A stretch of DNA of 64,000 bases from a virus. The stretch is from positions 1 to 64,000 of IMG/VR virus record IMGVR_UViG_3300046690_000339. One strand, given 5' to 3'. The notes under the pieces are model-generated. The model was given only the letters and a program-made list of their open reading frames with translations, did not search any database and was not told the origin of the DNA. Below are positions 37,895-48,368 of this stretch, one piece after another (positions within the stretch are counted from its first letter, which is position 1; each line of letters starts with the position of its first letter). The translations under genes were made by a program, and so were the position numbers.

Positions 37895-40725
37895 TGCGGC
37901 CTATCCGGCGTAAGTAAGGCAACATCCGTTCCGGGCGTCTCATCCTCTGCCCTCCGGTTATAAATATTTCTAAACTTAAATTTACACATCGCCTTTGAAA
38001 GATCGCAGCCCGCGCTGGCGACATACTCATCGCCCAGCTCAATATCGAACGGCATGCGCTCGAACAATTCAAATTGCCCAGGCCCGGCCAGAATATTGCC
38101 GTCCACCGTCGCATCGGCGATCACGCTGCCAACCGTGATCTCGGTCTGATCGGTCCCGATGTTATAGAAAACAGCGACGACATTGTATTCGGTATCATTC
38201 CCGGTGGATCCCGCGACCGCCAGGCGCTGGCCCACAATAAAATTCGCCGATACATCGCCATCAAGCATAAACTTAAAAGCGCCTTGATTGACTGCGACGA
38301 CCGGATACTGAGCCAGGGTAAATTCCTTTATCTCCTGCGTTATGCCGACGTTCAAACCCGTCAGGAAAGTAAGCAACCCGTTGGTAAAAAATCCGCTTGC
38401 CAGAGCATTCGGCGCAGCAACCGTACCGCCTGCGCGGTCATCCGGTATCGTCTCGGCAACGGCGATCCTTGTCCGCCCAGATACCAGCGATGAAACCGTG
38501 ACGGTATATGTCGCATCGTTGGCAATCGATTCCGTCACGGCAAAGGTCGTACCTGGCAAAAAGACGCGGGTTAAGTCGCCGCCCTCAATCTCAAAATAGT
38601 TGCCGCTGACACTGGCAGCAACTATCGCGAATAAAGCAATCTGCGTATTGATGCCGATCCCGGTCGTCGGCGGTTCATAGCGCCCGCTGTCTTGAAAGAA
38701 TCTTCTATTGATCGCGCCGGTAACCGAGCCGAATACTTCCAGCGCGAGGATTGCCCGCCAGGTTACGCTGCCATCGGTTGTCGTCGCGCCGACTGCCAGA
38801 TTCCAAGCGGGCTCGGTCTGCGGCGCAGGATATATTGCCGAAGTTCCAGCTATCGTGCATTCAAAATGCCGACCGTTGTAAATATTCGGTTTGACCACCG
38901 AACCGATCGCCGCGTCGTTTGGCGGTCGCACCGTATAAGCAGTCTCGCTACGCCAAAAAGGCGGATCGATCCTCACCTTGCAGCCGAACCGCTGCTTCTT
39001 GTAATCATGCGCACCAGTACCATCGCCGACATCATCGCCCACGCGCGCGCGGCAGAGCTTGCTGATCAGGTCGCCGAAAGTCTGTTGCAGAAAATATTGC
39101 TTCCCGCGCGTCTCAGCTTCAAAGGTGCCGCGCTTAGATTTGATTTGCCCGATGCCGCCAGAGCTTGGCAGAAAATATTTGCCCATCGACAGGTCTTCAT
39201 AATTGACCAAAAAAAGCTCATCGCGCGCGTTGTCGAAGCGACCGATCTCGATATCTTCGTCAGTTAAAACCCCCTTGATCAAAAAGCCGAGTTGGTTCGC
39301 AATCGCTTTGTTAGCCATGATGCCGACGAGCTCGCTGTTGTCCACGGACAGATCGGCGCCGCCCTTGATTGACCGTGGCGCATAGCCGGCAGCGGCGCGA
39401 TAGGTCAAACCGCCAGCAAATTGCCTGACTGTGCTTTGGATGGAAATCGACCCGTTGATATTGTAAGCAATCACGACGACGAGCGTCTGTCCTGGTGGAA
39501 GCGGCACTGAACCGGTCGGCGGCAAGCCAGTACCGACACCGGGTATATCGACCGTGTCGCCATCGCTGCCATAATCGATCGTGCCTCCACCTCCTGGCGG
39601 CAGCGGATTCGGCGTGACTACTACGACTGGAGTCGGCAGATCCTCGCCGCCGAATTCAAGCGCTCCCGCGTCAGGAGAAGAACCGGTATAGGCAACCCCA
39701 TCAACGATCACGCCGAAATCGATCGCTGGAGATCCGAGCGTTAAATGGAAGTCGTCGCTACCGGGACTTAAAAAAAAAGGGTCGGTCATCAGATTGTGGT
39801 CTTCAATAGTGCCTGTTCCGCCATCCACGATCACATCCGTAGTGTTCTGGTAGAAAATATTGTTGCGGTAAGTAAGGTTCGATCCTTCAATCGAGATGCC
39901 ACCGACGTTTTGGACAATCGTATTGTTGTAGACTTTATTGTCGTTACGGCGAATCACAAACCCGAAATAGCAATCACGGACGATGTTGCCGTAAGCTATG
40001 TTGTTGTTTCCAGAAAATAAAATACCGGCTTCGTTAGCGGCAAACCCTTCGTCGTAAACCCTGCAACTTCTTACTACATAATTGTTTGCCTCAGCCGGGT
40101 TGCCGTTATCGTAGATGTGAACCCCATAGCCCACATTGGTATGGATATCACAATTATCGACTAGGCCGTCATTCCCGCCCAGATACAGACCGTGACAAAA
40201 CCCGATGGTTGGCCCCAAAGCTTTACCGTTATCGTGAATGTGGCAAGCTATATATTCATTATGATGCGTAAGCTGCGACTCCAGAACTCCCGAGCCTTGC
40301 GCATTCTTTAGCTCGCAGCCTCTTAACCTGATATGATGACTGGTGGTTGAAAGTGTCGGGTTATTTGGTCCGGTAATCTTCACGCACTCCAGCTCTGCAC
40401 CACTCGTCCCGTCTATAACGAGCCCGTTGATTTCTATGTAATGCTGCGATGCTCCGTTGACCTGTTGGAAATGCAAAACCCGATCGCCTGAAGAGGGCTG
40501 TAGCGTTACAGCTTCGCCGTTGTAGTTAGAAACTAAAGTGAAATCGCTCCAGCTTGTCCCCGAAGGGAGGCTGTCAAGGATGCTTTCGACATACACGCCC
40601 GTCCGGATGTACAACGTATCGCCACCGCTCAGCAATCCGATACCGGCAGCAATCGTCAGCTTTGGCTGAGCGAGGCTGCCTGGATTGCCATCGTTGCCCG
40701 TCTTAGCGACGTAATAAATAGCCAT
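37891..40725 (-). CDS. right-handed beta-helix domain fused to the C-terminal part of a DUF2163/BR0599 baseplate hub
   Basis: YYVAKTGND.NPGS...GDTLYIR.G.Y beta-helix, then LTYRAAAG...LSVDNSEL...CRARVGD...GCD...C...F.N..N. Confidence 0.85.
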   Translation of the reverse strand: MAIYYVAKTGNDGNPGSLAQPKLTIAAGIGLLSGGDTLYIRTGVYVESILDSLPSGTSWSDFTLVSNYNGEAVTLQPSSGDRVLHFQQVNGASQHYIEINGLVIDGTSGAELECVKITGPNNPTLSTTSHHIRLRGCELKNAQGSGVLESQLTHHNEYIACHIHDNGKALGPTIGFCHGLYLGGNDGLVDNCDIHTNVGYGVHIYDNGNPAEANNYVVRSCRVYDEGFAANEAGILFSGNNNIAYGNIVRDCYFGFVIRRNDNKVYNNTIVQNVGGISIEGSNLTYRNNIFYQNTTDVIVDGGTGTIEDHNLMTDPFFLSPGSDDFHLTLGSPAIDFGVIVDGVAYTGSSPDAGALEFGGEDLPTPVVVVTPNPLPPGGGGTIDYGSDGDTVDIPGVGTGLPPTGSVPLPPGQTLVVVIAYNINGSISIQSTVRQFAGGLTYRAAAGYAPRSIKGGADLSVDNSELVGIMANKAIANQLGFLIKGVLTDEDIEIGRFDNARDELFLVNYEDLSMGKYFLPSSGGIGQIKSKRGTFEAETRGKQYFLQQTFGDLISKLCRARVGDDVGDGTGAHDYKKQRFGCKVRIDPPFWRSETAYTVRPPNDAAIGSVVKPNIYNGRHFECTIAGTSAIYPAPQTEPAWNLAVGATTTDGSVTWRAILALEVFGSVTGAINRRFFQDSGRYEPPTTGIGINTQIALFAIVAASVSGNYFEIEGGDLTRVFLPGTTFAVTESIANDATYTVTVSSLVSGRTRIAVAETIPDDRAGGTVAAPNALASGFFTNGLLTFLTGLNVGITQEIKEFTLAQYPVVAVNQGAFKFMLDGDVSANFIVGQRLAVAGSTGNDTEYNVVAVFYNIGTDQTEITVGSVIADATVDGNILAGPGQFELFERMPFDIELGDEYVASAGCDLSKAMCKFKFRNIYNRRAEDETPGTDVALLTPDRPQ

Positions 40726-41087
40726 TAGAGACCTATCTCCAGATTGCGATTGAAGTTAGTAAACCCGATCACACGCCTTGCCTCGCCTTTTCCTTGGTAA
40801 AAATTAAAGCTCGTCGAGTCTTCATTGATCTGAAAAAAGTAGTCACTGACCTTGAGGATCGGAAATTCTCTAAAGTTCAATTCCGTCATGCCTCGCACAT
40901 TCATTATTTTGACGACATCGCCGTCGACGTAGCCGTGCGGCCATAGCGTTTGGATCAAACAAGGATCGCTGTTGTAAATTCTGAGAATCCGCGGCTGATG
41001 CTTGACCAGAATCAATTTGACACACATTGCTAAGGACGTACGCTCTTGCCTGACATGCCGCACCATCGCTTCACTGCTCGATTTCAT
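40725..41087 (-). CDS. N-terminal fragment of the DUF2163 hub with an FCCH-like insert
   Basis: MKS.S.AM..H...TSLAMC...IGFTNFNRNL, with HG..DGD.V.I..V.GMTELN inside. Confidence 0.7.
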   Translation of the reverse strand: MKSSSEAMVRHVRQERTSLAMCVKLILVKHQPRILRIYNSDPCLIQTLWPHGYVDGDVVKIMNVRGMTELNFREFPILKVSDYFFQINEDSTSFNFYQGKGEARRVIGFTNFNRNLEIGL

Positions 41088-42244
41088 AAGTCATCCACCA
41101 CTCGCAACTCGATCACCGGCAGCTCAACGCCCGCCGCTTCCCACGCGACAAACGTCATCGGAATAGAATCGGTATCGAAGCGCACCGGGCAATCAAACTC
41201 GAATCCCGCGGTCACGCGCTCAGCTACGGTGAAAGTCCCGCCGCCTGAATAGGTCGTATAGAGCACCGAATTTTTATTGATGCGAAAGGTAGTAGGCGAT
41301 GGCGTCTCGACTACAATTGCTTCTACGGTGTTAAGTTGCGTCATGCCACCGATAGAAGCGAACACGCCGACATCGCCTGGCACCAGATTGTGAGCGCCGG
41401 ATGTCGTCACCAAAGCACGGACGTGCTTGCTGATCGCCGTGATAGAAAGGATCGACGAGACGGATTGGCGCTGAGTGTTGATTGTGCCGCCCGAAGTAAA
41501 CGCGGTGAAGCCGGTGGAATTGATATCGACGGTGATATGCGTCGAATCGCCGACCGCTGTCACCTTGCCGCGCAGGCCGCGAATCTGTGTAGTGCCGCCG
41601 ACCGTCATGGAGAAATGGACCGAGTCATTGATTGAAAGGCCATGCGCGGCACTGGTTTCCACGATCGTAGTCGCGCCCAGCGTCAGGCCGGTGATTGTCT
41701 TTTGAACATTCGCGCCGAGTGTCACGCGCCCGATTGTTTCGTGACCTTCGAGCGCCTGCGTTTCTGGCACATAGGACAGATTCCAGCCGCTGCTCGGGAT
41801 CTCCACGCCTTGGATCGCAATCGAGACCGTCCCAATGACCGGCTTGGCGATGAACCGGCGCGTCGCGAGGAAGCCTACATAATACGTTTTCATCAACTGG
41901 AACTGATCCGTGGTCGTCGTATTAATACTGATCACCTGATCGAAAGCCGAGGTCGTATTGCGAACGAAATGCGCAGTGCGGCGAACGCTCTGGTAATCAT
42001 TCCAATCGCGATAGCGAAACCCGTGCGTGCGACCCTTAACCGCGCTGAAGAAGTCGAGCACCGTTGTAACCTTATCGAGTTCGCGGACTCCGTAGCCGAT
42101 ATTCCACGTGCCGCGCGATTGATCCCAATATTGATTGCGTTGCTCGAAGCCGCTTTCGAGGATAGCAACATCGGTGTTGAAGCCAGGTCCACCCGGCTTG
42201 TTGAAGCCGATGTCCGTCGGAAATCTCACGCTTTCCAAAAACAT
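41084..42244 (-). CDS. DUF2460 distal tail protein with two FCCH-like inserts
   Basis: RFPTDI...GGP.F.T...SG.EQRN..W, FRYRDW.D and AGFEFDCPVRFDTD. Confidence 0.9.
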   Translation of the reverse strand: MFLESVRFPTDIGFNKPGGPGFNTDVAILESGFEQRNQYWDQSRGTWNIGYGVRELDKVTTVLDFFSAVKGRTHGFRYRDWNDYQSVRRTAHFVRNTTSAFDQVISINTTTTDQFQLMKTYYVGFLATRRFIAKPVIGTVSIAIQGVEIPSSGWNLSYVPETQALEGHETIGRVTLGANVQKTITGLTLGATTIVETSAAHGLSINDSVHFSMTVGGTTQIRGLRGKVTAVGDSTHITVDINSTGFTAFTSGGTINTQRQSVSSILSITAISKHVRALVTTSGAHNLVPGDVGVFASIGGMTQLNTVEAIVVETPSPTTFRINKNSVLYTTYSGGGTFTVAERVTAGFEFDCPVRFDTDSIPMTFVAWEAAGVELPVIELRVVDDL

Positions 42245-45200
42245 CAGCGGTTCCTCTTGCCAGATTCCATGGCGGCGGCTAGTTGAGCGCTGGCCTGGCC
42301 GACCGATTGACGGTTTTGAAATTGCGGGTTGTTGAAAATCGCGACGTTGGCGGACGGCCCGTTGTTAATTCCGCGTGAGCCTCCCGGCAACATTAGCGAT
42401 GCTTGCGGAATTGTTCCCGCTTGAAAGGTCGTCGATGATGGCGCGTCCGTCCTGCCCGACGACCATTGGGGAATGGAACCGATATCGTTGGAATCGATCA
42501 GGCCGCCTGTGCTGAACTCGCGAATCATCCCGCCGAAATGAAATCGCGGCGTCACCGTGGCCTCGGCGCGGTTCAGCTTTTGGAGCTTGTCCGCACCGAT
42601 TGTCATCGCCGTTTTTTTGTTGATGACGAACTCGCCATCCTCGGCGATAATCATGCGCTCGCCGGGCTTTAAGTCCGTGCCCTTCACGCCTCCGTGCGAC
42701 ATTTGTCCGCCACTGTGGAATCGTGGGAGATTTTGCGATGAAGCAAGAGAAACGGAGCGAGTAAAAGTTGGCGAATGACCAATGATGCCGCCGCGGTGAT
42801 ATCCTAGCGCGAGCAGACCGCCGCCGACGGCTTGTGCCCCTGTATCGGCCGCCGCGCCGCCACTGCTAAAAAGAGAACCAAGAAGAGGAATGCTACTCGC
42901 CAGATTGCTTCCATTAGAACCAACGCTATTGGCAGCCCCAGCCGCTTCGATCGCCGTGATAGCGACAGCCTGCAATGCGGCTATGCTCGCTTCCGTCGCC
43001 GCGCCAAGCGTAGTGATTGTCGTTTCTGCAACACCGAGACCGGCCTGAATCCCGGTCATCGATTCCGTCGATACTGCCTGAATACTCGTCTGTGTAGTTA
43101 GCCCGGTAGTTTGTATCGCCGCCGACGCTTCGGTCGCGACGGTTTGAATTGCTATTATCGCCGGCTGAGTCTGGCTAGCTGCACCGGCAATCTGTCCGGC
43201 TGCACCTGGAATACCTACGCTCTGCCCTGCCGGTATTGCGCCGGGAATGGGCAGCTTGAGAAACCCGCCGAATAGATCGTTGGTCTGTTTCTTGATCCAC
43301 TCTTCAAACGGCTTCGTTATCAGTGCGTCGGTGATGGCCCGGTTGATGTTGCTGGCAAGCCTTTTCGCTACGTCCTTGATCTTGGCGCCGTCGGCCAGAT
43401 CGGTCAGCGCGTCAATAGCGGATCTGCCGATATCCTGAAATGCTTGAGCAAAATGCTCGGCGGCTTTGGCGTCTTCGAGCTGGGCTTTTACTACTTCAAT
43501 TTCTGGACTGAGAGGCTTGAAGCCTTCCGCCCTGAGACGTTTGAGAGCTTCGGTTAGCGCGTTGATGCTTTCGCTCGGCAGATCAATCGCACCGCCGAGG
43601 ATTTCGGCGTCCGCTCTGATATCTTCGAGATTCTTTTGCAGGTTCGAAAATATGTCGGCGACTTTGAGGTTTCGTAGTTGCTCAGCTAGTTGTTTCGCTT
43701 CTTCAACTGAGGATTTTAAACCGCCTGAAGCCATCTGTGCTAAATGACTTTGAACGACTTGCACGCGCGCACCGGAGAGATCGAAAGTCCGTCCTAACAA
43801 CGCCGCCTGGACGTTTGCGATTTCCAGTTCACGGTCGACATCCTCAAAGGGTTTGGCGAGTTGTTTTTGATCAAGCTGGGCGCTGAGCTTATTGACTAAG
43901 TCGTGCGCTTCGGGAGTTTTATCAGCGCCTCTATCAACCTTCAGTGCGTTTGCAAGTTGAGTTTTTAAGGATTCAATCTTCGCTGCGGATTCGTCGAATG
44001 AGTTGGCAAAAACTTTATTAACAGCATCGGCGGTGCGTTCGGCAGATTCAAAATCAATAAGAACCTGCTCCTTGATTGTCTTTAACTTTGAAGTATCGAG
44101 CTGCGGTTCAATTTCTAGCTTTGCGTTTATAGCTAAATTTTTGACTACTGGGCTGGTAAACTTATCGGCAATTATTTTATCAAGCGCGTCACTTGCCTTT
44201 TGTAATGCATCCGTGTTGATACCAGAGATATTTGTCGAAATGTCCCCAGGTTTATTTTTTATTTCGGCGAGATTTTGTTCGCTCTCTAAAGTATTCTTAA
44301 TCTGCGGAATCTCAGCTTCCGCAAGAGCCTTGTGTAATTCTCGTTGCTCTTTAGCAGCTTTGCGCGCAGCATCGCCCATATTGCCGAGCTTCGCGTTAGC
44401 GATTTCGTAAGACAGCGCAAGGTCATCGGCAGATGCTTTGCCTTCGACCATCGTGGCGATTTGTATTTTTAGAGCTTGATTTCCCTTGGTGAGTTGATCG
44501 GCGAATTGTGCTTGCTGAAGTTCAAGACTTACCTTTTTAAATTTTTCTAACTGTGCAACAAATTCCGCATTGGCCGTAGTGAGATCAATCAATCCGGCTT
44601 TGGTCACAAGCGCGGCGGCTGCGTTGGCGATCTGCGCTTCCTTGCTCGCCGTAAGCCCAAGCACCTGCGAGCGTAAACTTTCGATTGTCTCATCAAGAGA
44701 TTTTTTGAATTGGATTTGATTGTCGGTTTCTTGTGGACCGACACTAAGTTTGGCTATTTCACTGGGCGTGCCGAATGTCGCCTTGGACAAATCGATAGGT
44801 CTTGCACTGATTGGTGCGGGGAAATTTCGGAATGTCGTTGATTGCTTCGCGGCTTCAAGCTCCGCTTGCGGTGACGCTGGAACTTCTGATGCCGCCTTGT
44901 TCTGCGCAATCAGTGCCGCCACATCTTCGCGAGTAGGCCCGAACGCAGGTAATTTCTCTCGCAGCTTATCTATTTTATCAATAACAAGATCAACGGCCTT
45001 GCCGATTTTTACAAAAAGGTCGAAAACCTCTAAAATTCGGACAGCCGCAAGAGCTTCCAGACTTATCTTGGCTCTATCAAAGGCCGCCGTTACGCTGTTA
45101 ATCGCTGCGATCTGCTCACTAGTGACGAGCGGCTTTTCTGCTTGAATACCCTCTATTCCACCGCGTTTCTCGATCCCAGCAAATGCCGCCGCCAATTGTG

Positions 45201-46071
45201 GACCGCCACGCGCTAGCAGGTTACGCGTTACTTGAACTCGCGTTGCCTGATCGGCGATACTTGCTAACCCCTTTGATAGCTTTCCAATCAAGCCTTCCGG
45301 ATCGTCGGCGAACTTTAGGAGTTCATTGGCAGTGAGGCCAATTTTATGAAGCGCCTCGACAGTTGCGGGCGACCCTTCAATGACTGCTTTCTGAAACTGA
45401 TTGACGCTTCTAGCAAAGTCCTCGATTGAACTGCCGGTGTCGTTGGCGATTGGCTTTAACTTGAGAAGTGTTTCGCCGGTAAAGCCAGTCTGATCGGCTA
45501 GGTTATTTAATGCACCGGTTGCGTTGAATGCTTCCTTAATAAAACCGACGGCAAAGCCGACGCTAAAGACAAGGCCGACAGACTTGGCGACGGCAAGCAG
45601 ACTGCCCATCGAGGACGTTAAACCGCTTGCGCTCGTGGCACTTTCGGCTAATGAACTGTTAACATTTTTGGAGCCTGCCCTGACGCTGTCCTCGAAGTCT
45701 TTGAACGCGGCGCGGCTGGCAGTTAAGGCGTCTTGACGGATTTTCTCGAACCGAGCGAATTCCGCCGCATCGCTCTTGACGCCAGTGGTAGCACTAGGAG
45801 CACGCGGAGCCGCGCCCGCGAGATTCGCAGCGGCTAAAGTGGATATGTTTTTAAAGCCACCCGGCGCAACCGTATTGACGGCTGCCGCTGTCGCCGCTTG
45901 ATCGGCGCGAAACTTTCGCGAGGCGGCATCGATTGAAGCGAAACTTTCAATCCCAGCGGCGCCGATGTTGGCAAAGCTCGTCTTGAAATCATTTTCAAGA
46001 GTCTTGATGTCGTTTTGTATCGTCGCGATATTCGCTTCGATGACAATAGTTTGTTTAATCTCGTCAGCCAT
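42244..46071 (-). CDS. tape measure protein
   Basis: 1275 aa, Ala-rich and helical, with C-terminal (Y/F)HxGG motifs; expected position. Confidence 0.9.
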   Translation of the reverse strand: MADEIKQTIVIEANIATIQNDIKTLENDFKTSFANIGAAGIESFASIDAASRKFRADQAATAAAVNTVAPGGFKNISTLAAANLAGAAPRAPSATTGVKSDAAEFARFEKIRQDALTASRAAFKDFEDSVRAGSKNVNSSLAESATSASGLTSSMGSLLAVAKSVGLVFSVGFAVGFIKEAFNATGALNNLADQTGFTGETLLKLKPIANDTGSSIEDFARSVNQFQKAVIEGSPATVEALHKIGLTANELLKFADDPEGLIGKLSKGLASIADQATRVQVTRNLLARGGPQLAAAFAGIEKRGGIEGIQAEKPLVTSEQIAAINSVTAAFDRAKISLEALAAVRILEVFDLFVKIGKAVDLVIDKIDKLREKLPAFGPTREDVAALIAQNKAASEVPASPQAELEAAKQSTTFRNFPAPISARPIDLSKATFGTPSEIAKLSVGPQETDNQIQFKKSLDETIESLRSQVLGLTASKEAQIANAAAALVTKAGLIDLTTANAEFVAQLEKFKKVSLELQQAQFADQLTKGNQALKIQIATMVEGKASADDLALSYEIANAKLGNMGDAARKAAKEQRELHKALAEAEIPQIKNTLESEQNLAEIKNKPGDISTNISGINTDALQKASDALDKIIADKFTSPVVKNLAINAKLEIEPQLDTSKLKTIKEQVLIDFESAERTADAVNKVFANSFDESAAKIESLKTQLANALKVDRGADKTPEAHDLVNKLSAQLDQKQLAKPFEDVDRELEIANVQAALLGRTFDLSGARVQVVQSHLAQMASGGLKSSVEEAKQLAEQLRNLKVADIFSNLQKNLEDIRADAEILGGAIDLPSESINALTEALKRLRAEGFKPLSPEIEVVKAQLEDAKAAEHFAQAFQDIGRSAIDALTDLADGAKIKDVAKRLASNINRAITDALITKPFEEWIKKQTNDLFGGFLKLPIPGAIPAGQSVGIPGAAGQIAGAASQTQPAIIAIQTVATEASAAIQTTGLTTQTSIQAVSTESMTGIQAGLGVAETTITTLGAATEASIAALQAVAITAIEAAGAANSVGSNGSNLASSIPLLGSLFSSGGAAADTGAQAVGGGLLALGYHRGGIIGHSPTFTRSVSLASSQNLPRFHSGGQMSHGGVKGTDLKPGERMIIAEDGEFVINKKTAMTIGADKLQKLNRAEATVTPRFHFGGMIREFSTGGLIDSNDIGSIPQWSSGRTDAPSSTTFQAGTIPQASLMLPGGSRGINNGPSANVAIFNNPQFQNRQSVGQASAQLAAAMESGKRNR

Positions 46072-46450
46072 TATCGATCATCTCAGCTCGACTAACTTTG
46101 CGCCGGCCTTTGGGAGCGCGTTGTTTGTGTTGCGAGAGGATGCCGACGAAAAACATATCGATTTCGGCGGCTGTCGCTTCGCGCACGTGAGGGTCTTCGT
46201 CACCTGATGATTTGAGCCCAGGAAAGATATCGGCTGCGGTGAATGGATTGTGATGCCGCTTGGTGTCGCGATAGACGTTATAGGTCGCCGCAGCGATGGT
46301 GCCGGCGCAAAGAAATTCTCGCTCGGTTTTTTCTCGATGGCGCTTGGCGAGAGCATGAAACTCCGTGAAGGTCAGGTTCCAGAAACGTGCCTCACTTAGC
46401 CCGAGCTCGACTACTGCAAAGGTCCAGAGGTCGAGCCAGGGCGTAGGGCC
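46064..46450 (-). CDS. tail assembly chaperone gpT portion (reached by -1 frameshift)
   Basis: The -1 frame after the slippery site reads WLDLWTFAVVELGLSEARFWNLTFTEF... to a TGA overlapping the TMP start. Confidence 0.8.
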   Translation of the reverse strand, partial: GPTPWLDLWTFAVVELGLSEARFWNLTFTEFHALAKRHREKTEREFLCAGTIAAATYNVYRDTKRHHNPFTAADIFPGLKSSGDEDPHVREATAAEIDMFFVGILSQHKQRAPKGRRKVSRAEMIDNG

Positions 46451-46839
46451 AAAGGGCGTTCATCAGTCGCTCCGTTTGTCTTAGCCTGATCGGCCTTGGT
46501 GGTAGCCGTCAAATAGTAATCCCAGATCAATGTCAGGATCTTGGAGCGCGTGAGCGGCGAGACTTCGATCAGGTCGGGTACGTCATCAATGGCCAGGTTC
46601 GGCTCTTCGTCGGTCAGTCCGGCCCACAACAAGACCATCAGCAAATCAAGCGGAAAACTCCCATTGTCATTAAGCGAAGTCTTGGCGCCCTGAATGATCA
46701 AAAAATCAATGGAGGCAAACTGGCCAATTTCGGCGCCGCGCCGTCGGTTGATTTCCCGCTCGGCGCGCATCAAGGCTTTTAGGTTGAGCTTGAATTTCCG
46801 TTTACGATCTAATTCGATTTCGATCGGTTCATATAGCAT
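46411..46839 (-). CDS. tail assembly chaperone gpG
   Basis: IELDRKR...LLWAGL; between the tube and TMP genes. Confidence 0.8.
   Translation of the reverse strand: MLYEPIEIELDRKRKFKLNLKALMRAEREINRRRGAEIGQFASIDFLIIQGAKTSLNDNGSFPLDLLMVLLWAGLTDEEPNLAIDDVPDLIEVSPLTRSKILTLIWDYYLTATTKADQAKTNGATDERPLALRPGSTSGPLQ
46450..46456 (-). promoter_or_regulatory. programmed -1 frameshift slippery site C CCT TTG
   Basis: XXXYYYZ heptamer in the correct phase near the end of gpG. Confidence 0.75.
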
Positions 46840-46890
46840 TTAAACATCTCCGAGCTGATTGCGCCCTGTTAATCTGAGCCTGAATTTTGC

Positions 46891-47325
46891 TTACGACATC
46901 TCGATCGCTGATGGCAGACCGGTTACCTTGATACTCCAGTTGAGAAATACCAGCGCCGAGAAATCCAGCGGCAAATCGAATTTGGATACACGGCCCTCAT
47001 ATTCCCAACCATCAGTTAGTTCAGGCGCCAACAATGTCCGCCAGAGCAATTTCGTCTGATCGATGAAGTCCTGATAAAGCTGTTTGTGCATGGCAATATT
47101 AGTGCTGTAAGCCAACACTAGCGTTAAATCATCGCCTTGCTTGATCGTCGGCACATTCTCTTCAAAGCTGCCCGGCGAGTCGTGATTGGTTCCATCGGCG
47201 TAGACTTGCGTCGCCGAAGGCGCAGGAATGATTCGCATCTGCGGCACGGCCTCGAAAACTAAAGTGTCCGGGTTGCGGCGATAGAGCTGCGAACCTTTGG
47301 CATAAGTGAGTTGACTTGCGGGCAT
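46891..47325 (-). CDS. major tail tube protein
   Basis: D.TNHDSPG.F.E..P..K...IKVTG.P. Confidence 0.85.
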   Translation of the reverse strand: MPASQLTYAKGSQLYRRNPDTLVFEAVPQMRIIPAPSATQVYADGTNHDSPGSFEENVPTIKQGDDLTLVLAYSTNIAMHKQLYQDFIDQTKLLWRTLLAPELTDGWEYEGRVSKFDLPLDFSALVFLNWSIKVTGLPSAIEMS

Positions 47326-47351
47326 TGGGTAGTCCTCCTATGGATTACGAT

Positions 47352-47804
47352 TCAGGAATTAAAAGCGCTCACGCTTGGATCTTTTTCCTCTGTTGCGTAG
47401 GTGATAACAAAATTAATATCTGCCCCGGCACGGGGGTAATGTTCGTCGAGAAAGAGCCATTTAGTCCCGATCTTAACCGTATCGGCAGCGAATCCTCCGC
47501 GCTTGGTGTCCACGAGCAGGGCCTTATGCACGTCTCCGATAATTGCACCAAGCGTTTTACGAGATCTTTCTGCTCCTTCGTCAACGACCACCCGGACGGC
47601 GACGCGAAGTTTTTCGAGATAGGCATCATCGTTGGGGCCATGCGTCATGTTTTCAGTGACTTCCTCGTCTGGAATCACACCGACCGCAGGCCGAGAGACC
47701 TTGTAAAGCTCGAAGGTTCCCTGCGCTATCGTCACTATCGATTCGACTTGAGACAACGTCTCTTCGATATCGTCCAGAATGAGATCCTGAATTGTGTCGG
47801 CCAT
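47352..47804 (-). CDS. tail terminator protein
   Basis: Position; ALLVD..RGG.A.D...I.Y...DP. Confidence 0.65.
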   Translation of the reverse strand: MADTIQDLILDDIEETLSQVESIVTIAQGTFELYKVSRPAVGVIPDEEVTENMTHGPNDDAYLEKLRVAVRVVVDEGAERSRKTLGAIIGDVHKALLVDTKRGGFAADTVKIGTKWLFLDEHYPRAGADINFVITYATEEKDPSVSAFNS

Positions 47805-47807
47805 TAT

Positions 47808-48368
47808 TCATCCGGTCACAAAGCGAAACGCGCGCGCGACTTCCAGCGGTACTTTCTCGCGCAGGTATTCTATGATCTTGCCCTTGATTTTTTTCCGTGA
47901 GAAAACCAGCGCAACAGACGGGCCGAATAATTCTTGGATCGGCAGGCGCGACTTGCTGCTGCGCTTGAAAACTCCGATGTGGCCGCTTCTCACTCGCGCA
48001 ATGAACGATCCTGGAATTAGCTTCGACTGCGTTCCGTATCTGACGCCGCCCTCGGGCCTGCGCTTGGTCACGCTTTTAGGTTTCGGCTTCATCTCGTAAA
48101 TCGGAATGCGGTCTTTCTTCGATGAAAACGCTGTCAAGCGCGCCTGCGGTTTCGCGCCTGTCGCCTTGGTGAGCGTGATGTTTCGCCGAATCGTCTTTTG
48201 CGAGCTGGCCCCGATATCGGCCTGGACCTCGCGCACGGCCAATGTAAATGCGCCCGCAGCGGGTTTGTTGATGCCAGCGGCGGCCAAGCTTGGATAGCGT
48301 TTGACCTTCTGGTCGAGCTTGCGCGCCAGGCCGGCGGCGTCGGTGGTGACTCGTAAGGTGTTGGCCAT
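47808..48368 (-). CDS. lambda gpZ-like minor tail protein
   Basis: FIA...SGH.GVF.R...RLPI.ELFGPSV. Confidence 0.8.
   Translation of the reverse strand: MANTLRVTTDAAGLARKLDQKVKRYPSLAAAGINKPAAGAFTLAVREVQADIGASSQKTIRRNITLTKATGAKPQARLTAFSSKKDRIPIYEMKPKPKSVTKRRPEGGVRYGTQSKLIPGSFIARVRSGHIGVFKRSSKSRLPIQELFGPSVALVFSRKKIKGKIIEYLREKVPLEVARAFRFVTG

Noticed and set aside
46411-46456. Tail chaperone -1 frameshift as a novel finding
   Set aside because: This is a well-known feature of long-tailed phages; listed as a feature only.
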